Source: Acidimicrobiia bacterium
GTDB lineage: Bacteria; Actinomycetota; Acidimicrobiia; IMCC26256; PALSA-610
Assembly: GCA_027494135.1 (NCBI GenBank)
Contig: JAOSJK010000001.1
Coordinates: 163,378-227,377, forward strand
Length of the DNA: 64,000 bases
Reading direction: 5' to 3'
Below are positions 17,306 to 29,059 of the stretch, piece after piece (positions within the stretch are counted from its first letter, which is position 1; the number at the start of each line of letters is the position of its first letter). The translations under genes were made by a program, and so were the position numbers. A model generated the notes under the pieces. It saw nothing but the letters and a program-made list of their open reading frames with translations. It ran no database searches and had not been told where the DNA came from.

Positions 17306-17391
17306 GCGCAGACCACCGCCGCTCGCAGCGGCAGAGTCGTTCTCTACGGCCCCCGGGTCGCGACCTGCATCGTCACGCGCCGGCCGGGGCG

Positions 17392-18266
17392 TCACCACTC
17401 CCATGCCTCCACGTCGACCACCTCGGGCCCCAGGAACCTGCCGCCGAGCATTCGGAACCTCTCGACGCTCCCACTGGTCATGAACCGCCGGGAGGGCTGG
17501 GCGTCGTCAGGCCCGGGGCGGCGGTGCTCGCCGTCGAGGGAGGCCCGCACCTCGAAGGCCGTCTCGTCGGCGCTCGATACGAGGACGACCTCGGGGCCCA
17601 TCACGTCGCCGATCGTGGCGCCAGCAGGGGGTAGTGAGTGCAGCCGAGGACGAGCGTGTCGACCTCTGCCTCGATCACGGGGGCGAGGAGGCGCTCCGCG
17701 AGGATGTGGACCTGCTCCGACTCGACGTCTCCGGCCTCGACGAACTCGACGAAACCGGGGCACGCGGCGCAGGTCAGCGCGATCTCGCCGTCGAGAGCCG
17801 CCGCTGCGCGCTGGTAGGAGCCTGACCTGATCGTGCCGACCGTGCCGATGACCCCGACCCTCCCTGTCCTCGTCGCGGTGCGGGCGGCGCGGATGCCTGG
17901 CTCGATCACCCCGACGACGGGGATGTCGATCCGCTCCCGGAGATGTTCGAGCGCAGCGGCCGCTGCGCTGTTGCACGCCACGACGATCATCTTTACGTCC
18001 TGCTCCAAGAGAAGATCGGTGATCTCGAGCGCGAACTTCAGGACGACTTCCGGGGGTTTCGAGCCGTAGGGGAAGCGCCCCGTGTCGCCGAAGTACAGGA
18101 GGTGCTCGTCGGGGAGCAGGTCGAGGAGGGCCCTCGCCACCGTCAGCCCGCCCAGGCCGCTGTCGAAGACGCCGATCGGCCGGTGGTCGTCGGTGCCCGG
18201 GTTCGGGGGGCCGGCGGCGACGGGTGAGCCGTCGGTGGCTGCGTCTCCGTGCTGAGCGCGGTTCAT
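17392..18266 (-). pseudogene. murI: glutamate racemase MurI, frame broken once (probable sequencing indel)
   Basis: IGVFDSGLGGLTV, VVACNSAA and LGCTHYPLL are in the frame of ORF 17601..19436. The C-terminal part, IGDVMGPEVVLVSSADETAFEV..., is in ORF 17392..17976. The switch is near 17614-17622. Confidence 0.85.
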
Positions 18267-18279
18267 CGCGTACGAGACG

Positions 18280-19247
18280 CTACCGGGCTGCGGCCCGGCG
18301 GAGGCGGTCAGCGACGGCGGCGCCGATCCCCTCCTCGGGGGAGGCACCGCCAGGAGCACGTCGAGGCCTTCGAGGTCGGCCTCGCGCAGGCGCGCGTAGA
18401 GAACGTGCGCATAGTCGCGCGCATCTGCGGGTGGGCCGAGCAGCACCACCGTCGCGGGCAACGCCGCCGGCGGCGCGGGCGCGAGCAGCCCGACCGCCTC
18501 CCCGCCCGCCACCAGGGCCGCCGCCAGGTCGAGCACCTCGTCCTCGGCACAGACGACGACTCGCGCCTGCGGGGAGTAGTGGGAGCGACGTGTGCCGGGT
18601 GCTGCGATCTGGCCCTGTGTGAGTCGCTCGGGCACCTCGCCGAGGACCGCAGCGAGATCGTCCTCCGTGACCCCGCCCAGCCTCAACATCAGGGGCGCGG
18701 CGCCGCTGCAGTCGACGATGGTGGACTCGACTCCGACGCCGCACGGACCACCGTCGAGGATCAGGTCGACGTCGTCGCCGAGGTCGGCGGCGACGTCGGC
18801 CGCGCAGGTGGGGCTCACCCTCCCGAATCGGTTCGCCGACGGAGCCGCCAACCCTCCGCCGTGCTCGGCCAGGAGCGCCGACGCTACCGGGTGGGCCGGC
18901 ACTCGGAGCCCGACCGTCTCACGCCCGCCCGTCACGGCGTCGGGCACTCTCCCCGGTCGCCGCCGAAGCACGAGCGTGAGCGGTCCGGGCCAGAACGACT
19001 CCCCCAGGGAGCGCGCCGCCTCGGGCACCTCGGCGGCCCACAGGTCGAGGTCGCCGGGCCGGCCGATGTGCACGATCACCGGATGATCGAGCGGCCGCCG
19101 CTTCACCGTGAACAGGCGGCGTACCGCGCGCTCGTGGGAGGCGTCGGCACCGAGCCCGTAGACGGTCTCCGTGGGGAACGCGACCAGACCCCCGTCGCGC
19201 AGGATGCGAGCCGCGCGAATGATCTCGCGCCGCGAAGGCTGCACCAT
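18280..19247 (-). pseudogene. tsaC: L-threonylcarbamoyladenylate synthase (Sua5/YwlC long form), frame broken once
   Basis: LVAFPTETVYGLGAD and APSANRFG are present. The C-terminal end EEGIGAAVADRLRRAAAR* lies in the frame of ORF 18280..18744. The switch is at the G5 run 18337-18341. As sequenced, the ORF runs on into murI. Confidence 0.85.
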
Positions 19248-20185
19248 CACCAGTAGTTGATCCGGCCGGCGCGCTCCTCGACGACATCGAGGTCGTCGGT
19301 CCAGGCGCCCGACGACAGGTACTTCCAGCCGCCGTCGGGAAGCAGGACCACGATCGTCCCCGACTCGATCGTCGCCGCTGCCTTGATGGCTCCCACGGCA
19401 GCCGCACCGGACGAGATCCCGGCAAAGACCCCGCACTCCTCGAGCAGGCGGCGCGTACCCACGATCGACTCGCGCGGCCGGACGATGAGCCGCCGGTCGA
19501 GCACACCCGGATCGAAGATCGGCGGCACGAAGCCGTCGTCGAGGTTGCGCAGCCCCTGCACCAGCTCTCCCGCCGGAGGCTCGACGGCGATCACCTTCAG
19601 GTCGGGGTTCTGCTCCTTCAGGTACCGGCCGGCGCCCATGAGAGTGCCACTCGTCCCGAGCCCCGCGACGAAGACGTCGATCTCCGGGCAGTCGCGCGAG
19701 ATCTCGGGGCCGGTGCCCTTGTAGTGAGCGAGCGGGTTCGCCGGGTTGCCGTACTGGAACAGCATCACGTACCCGGGCTCGTCGGTCGCGATCTTCTCTG
19801 CGAGGCGGATCGCCCCGTTACTGCCCTCGTCGCCGGGCGAGAGCGTCACCTCCGCACCGAATATCTCGAGTAGCTGGCGCCGCTCGACCGAGACGTTCTC
19901 GGGCATCACGACCCGCAGGGAGTACCCGCGGCTGCGCGCCACCAGCGCCAGTCCGATGCCCGTGTTGCCCGACGACGGCTCGAGGATCGCCGCGCCCGGG
20001 GTGAGCACGCCGTCGGCCTCGCCCATCTCGACCATCTCGAGAGCGATCCTGTCCTTCGACGAGCCACCGGGGTTCTGTCCCTCCAGCTTCGCGTAGATGC
20101 GCACCGCCGGATTCGGCGAGAGAGCGTGCACACCGACGAGCGGCGTGTTCCCGATCAGGTCGAGTATCGACTCGTGTCTGGTCAT
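19247..20185 (-). CDS. cysM: cysteine synthase, CysM type (PLP fold II)
   Basis: NPGGSSKDRIA (PLP lysine) and PSSGNTGIGLA. Adjacent to cysO and mec, as in M. tuberculosis. Confidence 0.9.
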   Translation of the reverse strand: MTRHESILDLIGNTPLVGVHALSPNPAVRIYAKLEGQNPGGSSKDRIALEMVEMGEADGVLTPGAAILEPSSGNTGIGLALVARSRGYSLRVVMPENVSVERRQLLEIFGAEVTLSPGDEGSNGAIRLAEKIATDEPGYVMLFQYGNPANPLAHYKGTGPEISRDCPEIDVFVAGLGTSGTLMGAGRYLKEQNPDLKVIAVEPPAGELVQGLRNLDDGFVPPIFDPGVLDRRLIVRPRESIVGTRRLLEECGVFAGISSGAAAVGAIKAAATIESGTIVVLLPDGGWKYLSSGAWTDDLDVVEERAGRINYW

Positions 20186-20213
20186 GGCGGGCCTCGGCCC
20201 GGCGGCCTTCGCC

Positions 20214-20489
20214 CTAGCCGCCCGCCACGGCGGGGAGGATCGAGAGGACGTCGCCGTCGTCGACCTTCGTGTCGAGCTGCTGCAGGTATCGGATGTCGTC
20301 GTCGTTGACGTAGACGTTCACGAACCTGTGGAGATCGCCGTCGTCGCCGAGGAGGTTCTCCCTGAACGCGGGATACGCCGCGATGAGGGCTGTGAAGACC
20401 TCGCCCACCGTCGCGCCGTCGGCCGTTATCGACGCCTGACCATCGGCGTGGGCCCTCAGCACTGTGGGAAGTCGGACCTCGACTGGCAA
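20214..20489 (-). CDS. cysO: MoaD/ThiS-family sulfur carrier protein CysO
   Basis: 91 aa ending ...DGDVLSILPAVAGG*. Confidence 0.8.
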   Translation of the reverse strand: MPVEVRLPTVLRAHADGQASITADGATVGEVFTALIAAYPAFRENLLGDDGDLHRFVNVYVNDDDIRYLQQLDTKVDDGDVLSILPAVAGG

Positions 20490-20606
20490 CTCGGATCTCC
20501 TGCACTCGCCGGCCGGAACAGGCTACAACCCCTGCCCCAGGGCGAGGTACTCGCCCACTGCATCCACGGCACCCGGTGGCTACCGCCTCACCCGGTGGCC
20601 CCGGCC

Positions 20607-21121
20607 TCAGCCGTCCGTCTCTACCACTACCGGCACCTCGGATATCTCCCCCGAGCGGATGCGGAACGCGCGCAGCACAGGCACCTCGTCGCGCAGCGAC
20701 ACGATCGCGTAGAACCATCCGGGGTCAGCCGCCTGCCGGACGTCGGTCAGCGACGGATACGCCTCCGTGTGCGTGTGCGAGTGCCACACACCCACGATCT
20801 CGTCGCCGCGGGCCTCGGCTCGCGCACCGCTCCGAGCAGATCCCGCGGCTCGACCGTGTAGAGGCGCGCCGACTCCTCCGTGTTCCGGCACGGGTGGACG
20901 GCGGACACGACACCCGTCGCATCCCCGTCGACCATCGGCCCACTCAGCAGTCCGCACGCCTCGGCGAGGAACCTCTCGCCCCACAGCTCGACGACGGCTG
21001 CGCGGCAGTGCGCGACGATCTCGTCGCGTTGCCGAGCGGTCAACCGCAGCGGTGGCCCCGCCGAATCATCGGGCGCCGCGTCGGACCCGACGTCGGGTGC
21101 GCCCCCCTGTGCTCCGCTCAC
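20607..21121 (-). pseudogene. mec: JAMM/MPN+ metalloprotease Mec, frame broken once
   Basis: The N-terminal part, LRLTARQRDEIVAHCRAA...EACGLLSG, is in the frame of ORF 20747..21679. The JAMM motif VWHSHTHTEAYPSLTD is in ORF 20607..20984. The switch is near 20830-20850. GTG 21121 overlaps the upstream stop. Confidence 0.8.
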
Positions 21122-23415
21122 GCCCCCGGCGCCTCTTGGATCGCCCTCCAGACCCTCTCCGGCGTCGCCGGCATGTCGAGGTGCCGCACGCCGAGGTGAG
21201 CGAGCGCGTCGACGACGGCGTTCTGCACGGCCGGAGTCGCGCCGATGGTGCCGGACTCGCCGATCCCCTTGGCGCCGAGCGGGTTGAGCGGAGTTGCCGT
21301 CTCGGTGTTGGAGACCTCGAACGAGGGCAGCTCGGCGGCGGAGGGGATCTTGTAGTCCATCAGGTTCGACGTGATCGGGTTGCCGTCGTCGTCCCAGCGC
21401 ACCTCCTCGAAGAGGGCCTGCGCCGCGCCCTGCGCGACTCCGCCGTGCTGCTGGCCGGCCACTAGGAGGGGGTTGAGGACCCTTCCGCAGTCGTCGACCG
21501 CGATGTGCCGCCTCAGCGTGACGGCCCCGGTCTCGGAGTCGATCTCGACGACGGCGACGTGTGCGCCGAACGGGAACGAGGAGGCGCCCTGATCCCAGTC
21601 GTGCTCGTAGGCGAGACCCGGTTCCATGCCGGCGGGGCGTCGCTCGTCGTCGCCGGCCGCAACCGCGAGGTCGGCCCACGACAGCGTGCTCGCGGGGACT
21701 CCCGCCACGTGGAGGCCGCCGTCGCCGACAACGACATCCGCGACGCTCGCCTCCAGGAGATGCGCCGCGAGCTGCCTGCCCTTCTCCAGGACCACCTTCC
21801 CCGCCTCGACGATCGCGGAGCCTCCGATCTGCAGTGAGCGCGAGCCCATCGTGCCCGACCCGGTCGGCACCGCAGCGGTGTCGGACTGCACCACGCGCAC
21901 CGACTCCATCGGCACCCCGAGGAGATCACTGACCAGCATTGCGAACGCGGTCTCGTGCCCCTGCCCGTGGCGCTGGTCCCCACCCTCACGGTGACACCAC
22001 CGTCGGTGGCGACCTCGAGGGCGCCGAACTCCTTGAAGATGCCCGGCGCAGTGATCTCCACGTAGCAGGAGACACCGATCCCCATCAGCTTCGTGTCGCC
22101 GCGGCCTCGGCGCTCAGCCTGCTCGGCACGCAGGGCGTCGTACCCGGCCGCATCCAGCGCCGCATCGAGTGCCTTCTCGTACTCGCCGACGTCGTAGGTC
22201 GCACCGCCGGCGGTCGTGAACGGGAACTCGTCGGGCGGGATGAAGTTGCGGCGACGGATCTCTACGGGATCGAGGCCGAGCTCCGCGGCTCCCAAGTCGA
22301 TGATCCGCTCGATGAGGCTCGCCGCCTCGGGCCGGCCCGCTCCCCGGTAGGCGGCTGTCGGAGTGGTGTTCGTCGCCGCGGCCCGGCCTCCGATCACGAT
22401 CTTCGGTATCCGGTACACGCCCGACGACATGGTGCGCGTCATGAACATCATCACGGCGCCGAGGATCGGGTAGGCACCACCGTCACTGACGATGTTCCCG
22501 CGCAGCCCGACGATGGTGCCGTCGCGCTTCAGCCCCAGCTCCATCTCCTGCACCTGGCCGCGCCCCTGCACCATCGCGACCATGTTCTCCGAGCGTGTCT
22601 CGGTCCACTTCACCGGACGACCGAGGTCCAGAGCGGCCTTGGCGGCGATCATGTACTCGACGTAGACGGCGGCCTTCGGTCCGAACCCGCCGCCGACCGC
22701 GGGTGCGACCACCCGCACCAGCGCCGCGCCGAGCCCGATGGCCGGGGCGAGCGCGTCGCGCACCGCGTGTGGGCCCTGCGTCGGCACCCAGAGGGTGATC
22801 CCTCCCTGCGGCTCACCGGGGACCGCCACGATCCCGTTCCCCTCCATGGGCACGCCGGCGAGGCGCTGGTTCCGGAACCTGCCCGACACGATCACGTCGG
22901 CACCGTCGAAGACGGTGTCGTCTTCGTGTGCGCGCAGCGTGAGAGCGGCGTTCGACCCGTGCTCCGGGAAGAGGATCGGCGCGTCCTCGGCGAGCGCGGC
23001 CTCGGCGTCGGCCACGGCGGGCAGCGGGTCGTAGTCGACCAGCACCTGCTCGGCGGCGTCGACCGCCTGCGCACGCGTCTCGGCGACCACGGCGGCGACG
23101 ATGTCGCCGACGAATCGCACCCGGTCGCGAGCGAGGGGCGGCCGGTTCATCTCCTCGGGGATCATCATGAACCCCTGGACGTCGGGGGAGTGCGAGGTCG
23201 TCAGCCGTGAACACGCCGACCACCCCGGGCATCGCCCCGGCCTCACCCGTCTCGATGCTCTCGATCAGCGCGTGCGCGACGGTCGAGCGCACGAAGACGA
23301 GGTGAGTCAGGCTGTCGACGCGCAGGTCGTCGAAGTAGCGGGCCTCGCCGAGCAGGATCTCCGGGTCCTCTCGGCGCAGCACCGCATTGCCGAGGATCGA
23401 GCCGGACTTGCGCAT
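21118..23415 (-). pseudogene. xanthine dehydrogenase family molybdopterin-binding (CoxL-like) large subunit, frame broken twice
   Basis: The pieces are ORFs 22813..23415 (MRKSGSILGNAVLRREDPEILLG), 21513..23246 (...GGGFGPK...AYRGAGRPEA) and 21118..21939 (...NPLGAKGIGESGTIG). Switches are at the G5 run 23184-23188 and near 21970. Confidence 0.85.
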
Positions 23416-23500
23416 ATCGGTCCCCCTGGGGCGCCTCTGGAAGCGGTCGGCACACTACCGGACCATCGCCGGCCTCCGGCCGCCGCGACAGAATGCACCC

Positions 23501-24435
23501 ATGAGAGCGGTACGCAACACCGAGAGCGGCATAGCGGTCGTCGAGGTCCCTGTCCCCGACCGCGAAGGCGTCAGGGTGAACGTCGCCTCGGCGAGCATCT
23601 GTGGCACCGATCTCGAGCTGGTTGCTCTCGGGGCGCTCCCCTCACCCTCGGCCACGAGGTGAGCGGCGTCACCGACGACGGCACGCCTGTCGCGGTCCTC
23701 CCGCTCGAGTACTGCGGCACGTGCGATCGCTGCCTGGCCGGCGAGACGGCGCAGTGCCGCACCGCCATGGCCCACATGTACGGCCTGGCGAGCGACGGTG
23801 GAATGGCGGACACGATGGTCGTGCGGGAGGACACGGTGGTCCCGCTCCCTGACGGCCTCGACGTCCGCGACGCCAGCCTCGTGGAGCCTCTGGCCGTCGC
23901 CCTCCATGCGGCGAACCGCGCAGGGCTCCGCGGGGGCCAGCGGGTCGCCGTGATCGGCGCCGGGTCGATCGGGCTGCTCTGTGCGGCGATCGCGCGCGAC
24001 TTCGGCTGCGATGTCGCGATCGCGGCGCGCCATCCGGCGCAGTATGCCGCTGCGGAGGCACTCGGCGCGAGCCTCGGGCCGGGAGGCGCGTACGACGTCG
24101 TCTTCGAGGCGGCGGGTTCGGCGACCGCCTTCGCCCAGGCGTCCGACCTCTGCGACCGTGGAGGCACGATCGCTCTCGTCTCGACCTCGTGGCGCCCCGT
24201 CTCGATCTCGTTCATGGCGGCCCAGCTCAAGGAGGTGACGCTGGTCCCGGCGATCGTCTACGGCCACTGCCACGGCGACCGCGAGTTCGACACCGCCGCG
24301 CAGATCCTGGCGCGCCACCCGGAGATCCCCTCGGCGGTGATCACCCACAGGTTCCCGCTCGACGACGCCGCCGATGCCTTCCGGGTGGCAGCCGACCGGG
24401 CGGCGGGCGCGATCAAGGTGGTGCTGGAGCCCTAG
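23501..24435 (+). pseudogene. zinc-binding alcohol dehydrogenase (MDR family), frame broken once
   Basis: MRAVRNTESGIAVVEVPVP...ICGTDLEL is in the frame of ORF 23387..23662. LTLGHEVSG...GAGSIGLL follows in ORF 23101..24435. The switch is at the C4 run 23638-23641. Confidence 0.8.
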
Positions 24436-24465
24436 CCGTCGCGCCGGCCTCGACATGCATGACGT

Positions 24466-25444
24466 TCAGGGGGTCGGCGCGTCCTCCCGCAGGAGGCGCT
24501 CGGTACGGAGGTCGTCCCAGAGCGCCGGCGGGATCGGCACCGAGAAGTCGGCCGCGTTCTCTTCGATCTCGGCTGCGGTCCGCGCCCCGGTGAGCACCGT
24601 CGCAACGGCGGGATGCGCAGCGGGGAATTGCAGTGCCGCCGCGCGCAGCGGCACCCCGTGCCGCGCGCAGACTGCGCCGATCCGACCTGCGCGCGCGACC
24701 AGCGCCGCCGGACGCCGGCGCGTAGTCGTACGTTGCGCCCGCGTGCGGGTCGGCGAGGAGTCCGCTGTTGAACACGCCGCCGGCGACGACTGCGACGCCC
24801 TCGTCGGTGCATGCGGGGAGCAGGTCGTCGAGCGCACCCTGCTCCAGCAGTGTGTAGCGACCGGCGAGGAGCACGCAGTCGACGCCCGCCTCGCGCACGA
24901 ATCGGGTGAGCAGCCCCGTCTGGTTCATGCCCGCGCCGACGGCCCCGACCGCCCCTTCGTCCCGGAGCCGGCGCAGAGCCGGGAACGCGCCGGCGAGCGC
25001 TTCGGGTCCGTGATCGTCGGGGTCGTGGACGTGGACGACGTCGACGCGGTCTAGGCCCAGGCGGTCGAGGCTCTCAGCGAGCGAGCGGAGCACTCCGTCG
25101 TGCGAGAAGTCGAAGACCGGTCGCAGCGGCGGCGCATCGGCGAAGATCGAGTCGTCGTCGCGGCCGGGGACGAGCAGCCGCCCGACCTTCGTGGCGAGCA
25201 CGTACTCCCGACGCGGCCGGTCGCGCAGCGCGGCGCCGAACCTCCGCTCCGAGAGGCCGTGGCCGTACAGCGGAGCCGTGTCGAAGGCGCGTACCCCGAG
25301 GTCCCACGCCGTGTCGATGGTGTCGCGGGCGTCGGCGTCGGCGACCGACCGGAACATGCTGCCGAGCGGCGCGCCGCCGAGGCCCAGACGCGTGACCCGC
25401 AGCTCGGTGCGGCCGAGAGCGACTCGCTCCACGGGGTCCGGCAC
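24466..25444 (-). pseudogene. aldo/keto reductase (candidate L-fucose / D-threo-aldose 1-dehydrogenase), frame broken once
   Basis: RVTRLGLGGAPLG...FDTAPLYGHGLSE is in ORF 24413..25468. The C-terminal part, ...AAALQFPAAHPAVATVLTGARTAAEIEEN, is in ORF 24466..24837. The switch is near 24715. GTG 25444 follows GGAGGGGG. Confidence 0.75.
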
Positions 25445-26755
25445 TACGAGCCCCCTCCGGCCGTCCACACCGAGCCTCCGGGGAACTCGAGCGCGTCGAG
25501 CGACTCCGGGAGCATCTCTATCGAGTAGCCCGGAGCCTCCGGCACCAGGTAGCGGCCCTGGCGCACCCGCACGGGGTCGAGGAAGTGCTCGTGGAGGTGG
25601 TCGGCGAACTCGGTCGTCCGATCGTCGAGCGGGGAGCCGAGCGCGACATGGTCGATGAGGGAGATGTGCTGCACGTACTCGCAGAGCCCCAGCCCGCCCG
25701 CGTGGGGGCAGACCGGCACTCCGAGCTTCGCCGCCATCAGCAGCACCGCGAGCACCTCGTTGAGACCGCCGAGCCTGCAGGCATCCACCTGGCAGTAGTC
25801 GATCGCGCCGACCGCGAGCAGCTGCTTGAACACGACCTTGTTCGGCGCGTGCTCCCCGGTCGCCACCCCTACCGGGGCGACGGCGCTGCGGATGGCGGCG
25901 TGGCCGAGCACGTCGTCGGGGCTGGTGGGCTCCTCGATCCAGCGCAGCCTGTAGGGCGCCAGGTGGCGCATCCAGTCGATCGCCTCCGGAACGTCCCAGA
26001 CCTGGTTCGCGTCGGCCATGAGATCGCGCTCCCAGCCGATCTCCTCGCGCATGACCTCGCAGCGGCGCACGTCACCCGCCACGTCGATGCCGACCTTGGT
26101 CTTGAAGCTCGTCCAGCCGGCGTCGATCGCCCTCTCCGCAGAGGCGGCGCACCTTCTCCTCCGGGTACCCGAGCCAGCCCGCCGACGTGATGTAGGCGGG
26201 GTAGCCGACTTCGCGCATCGCACCCTCGCGAGCCACCCTTCCCGGTGCCGCGGCGCGCAGGAGGTCGAGCGCCTCGTCGGGCGTGATCAAGTCGGTCAGG
26301 TAGCGGAAGTCGACCAATGACACGAAGTGCTCGGGAGTCAGGTCGGCTACGAGCTTCCAGACGGGCACGCCTTCGACCTTGGCCCACAGGTCCCACACCG
26401 CGTTGACGATCGCGGCGGTCGCCAGGTGCACGACGCCCTTCTCGGGCCCGAGCCACCGCAGCTGGCTGTCGTTGGTGAGCCGGCGGTGGAACGTGGCGAA
26501 GTCGCCGGTGATCTCGTCGAGGTCGCGACCTACGACGTGCGGGGCCAGGGCGTCGATCGCCGCGCAGACGACCTCGGTCCCCCTGCCGATCGTGAAGGTC
26601 ATGCCGTGGCCGGAGTACCCGTCGACATGATCGGTCACCAGCACTACGTACGCAGCCGAGTAGTCGGGGTCGCCGTGGACTGCGTCGGAGCCGGCGAGCG
26701 TCCGCGAGGTGGGTGCCCTCACGTCTCGCGTGCTGTACCCGGTGATCCGCGTCAA
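25444..26755 (-). pseudogene. L-fuconate dehydratase (enolase superfamily, MR/MLE), frame broken once
   Basis: (TTG)TRITGYSTRDVRAPTSRTLAGSDAVHGDPDYSAAYVVLVTD... is in ORF 26072..26962. ...ADANQVWDV...IEEPTSPDD...LGGLNE follows in ORF 25444..26223. The switch is near 26150. Confidence 0.85.
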
Positions 26756-29059
26756 GAGGTCGTGCCTTCCCAGCTCACTCGGTAGACGTCGCCGCCGTCT
26801 TCGGGGTAGTCGGTCTCGAGCGCGACGTTCGTGACCACGCACCGTTCGCGCGGGCGACGATCTCGTTCCCGGCGACCACCGTCGCCTCGTCGTCCCAGGT
26901 GAGAACGCCGATACGGCACCGCTCGAAGCGGTTGCCCGAGACGCGCGTGCCGGTGGCCCCACGCTCGATCAGGGCGCCGGTGTCGCAGCGGAACGCCGTG
27001 TTGCCCTCGACGGTGGTTCCGCTGCCGCCCTCGACGCCGATCCCGCGCATGGTGCGGCGCGCCTCGTTGCCCCGGACCACGGCATCCGACGAGTGCTGGA
27101 CGTGGATGCCGAACCAGCGCGTCTCGTAGCGGTTCCCTCGATCCGCGCCCCGGAGGTGCGCGAGACGCGGATGGCGCAGAGGTCGTCGCGGCAATCGTTT
27201 CCCTCCACTACGTGGCCGTCGCCGCCTGCCACGTCGATCCCCGCGCCCCAGCGCAGCCCCTGCTGCCGGTTGCCGGTCACCTCGACGCCGCTGGTGCCCA
27301 TGAGCCCGATGTTGCCGAGGTCGACCGAGTTCGCCGAGATCACGTGGCCCTCGCCGCCGCTGATCGCGATCGACTGCACCCGGCAACCGGTCACGGTCAG
27401 GGAGTCGGGTCCGCTCGCCACGATGCAGGTCGGAGGGAAGAGGAAGTACCCCGGCGAACCTCCGGTGACGGTGAGGCCGGAGAGCGTCGCGCCGGAGCCG
27501 ACCATGCGCACGACCACCCCACCTCCGGCGTCGAGGACCGCTTCTTCGGGGGCGACTCCGGGAGCGGCGCGCAGTGTCACACCCTCGGGGACGCTGAGTG
27601 GGAAGACCTCGGTGCCGGCGTCGTAGGTGCCCGCGCCGACCTCGACGACGTCACCTGGTCGGGCGCCATCGAGCGCGGCGCCTATCGACGCGCTCTGCTC
27701 TCCGTTGCGCGTCACTCTCCCGCCGGTCCGCCCCTCACTCACGACGACGGGTCCGCCCTCCGGCAGGAGGTCCACGCGGTACACCGCGCCGAGTGACGGG
27801 AGCGGCCCGGGGGCGAGCAGATGGAGGCCCTCGTCGCTCTGGCGGAACTCGACCGCGCGCCCATCGTCGCCCGTCACCGCCGTCACCCTGCCCGATGCGA
27901 GCCCGAGCCCCGAGAAGACGGCTGCCTCGTTCGAGTCGAGGTCGATCGCGTTGACCCTCGTAGCCCCACCGCTCGCGGCGCCGGGCGTGACCGTGTACCA
28001 GGTGCGCCCCGACCCCGGCACTCCGAACGGGCGGCTGCCGTCGATCGCGTCGGCGTGCGACGTCACCCACTCCCCTGCCTCACGCAGCACGCGCGCCTGG
28101 ATGTCGGGGATTGTGCCGTCGACCTTCGGACCGATGTTGAGCAGCAGGTTGCCGCCCTTCGCGACCACCTCGGTGAGCATCGCGACCACCTGCGGCGCGC
28201 TGAGGTAATCGTCGTCCTCCTCGACCTGGTTGAAGCAGAACGAGTGCCCCATTCCGCGGCAGAGCTCCCAGGGGCCGTCAGGCGTCTTCTCGGGGATCTC
28301 GTACTCGTAGGTGCGGAAGTCGGCATGCGACGCGAAGAAGCGGTCGTTGACGGCAGCGTCGATGCCGAGTCGCTGCGCGGCGGCGAAATAGTCGTCGACT
28401 ATCCGGTCGGAGCGCCAGTGCGCGGCCGAGTGCCCCCAGTGACCGTCGCCCCAGAGCACCGCCGGCTGATACCGCTCGACGAGCTCGGCGATCTGGGGCC
28501 GCATGAACGCGTCTACGTAGCCTTCGGGGTCCGGGTAGCTCGGGTGCGCCCAGTCGAGGAGCGAGTAGTAGGTGCCGTATACGAGGCCCGCCGCGCGCAC
28601 GGCCGTCGCGAGCTCCCCGACCACGTCTCGGTGCGGACCCTGGCGCACCGAGCTCCTGTCGGTCAGGGCGGTGTCCCACCAGCAGAAGCCGTCGTGGTGC
28701 TTCGTGACCATCACCACGTAGCCCATCCCCGCCGCAGAGGCGAGCCCCGCGTACTCGCCGGCGTCGAAGCGCTCGAAGGTCAGGTGCGGGATGAAGTCGT
28801 CGAAGGAGTAGCCCGGCCAGTGCTCCGCGTGCCAGGCCATCACCTCGGGGAGCGGCGACGTCGGGTGGAGGGCGACGTCGGCGCGCGGCTCCAGGTGCGA
28901 CCAGTACCAGTCGGCGTACTCGTGCACCGGCGAGAACGCCGGGACCGTCGCTATGTTCGCGTGGACGAACATGCCGAACCGCTTCTCCGCGAACCACCGC
29001 GGCTCCGGGTACCGGCGTGTCTCGCCATCGGCCGGGGGGCCTGTCACGTCGGGTGTCAT
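26752..29059 (-). pseudogene. GH29 alpha-L-fucosidase fused to a C-terminal right-handed beta-helix domain, frame broken twice
   Basis: FGMFVHANIATVPAF...KHHDGFCWWDT...GGNLLLNIGP marks GH29. Repeated G-x-x-V-x-G-N turns follow. The pieces are ORFs 26969..29059 and 26775..27386, with a last segment ...CVVTNVALETDYPEDGGDVYRVSWEGTTS*. Switches are near 27130 and 26860. Confidence 0.85.

Noticed and set aside
17601-19436. 611-aa ORF that looks like a Sua5-MurI fusion protein
   Set aside because: The Sua5 C-terminus (EEGIGAAVADRLRRAAAR*) is present in another frame and ends at 18280. murI has its own ATG at 18266. The fusion is produced by a 1-nt error in the G5 run 18337-18341.
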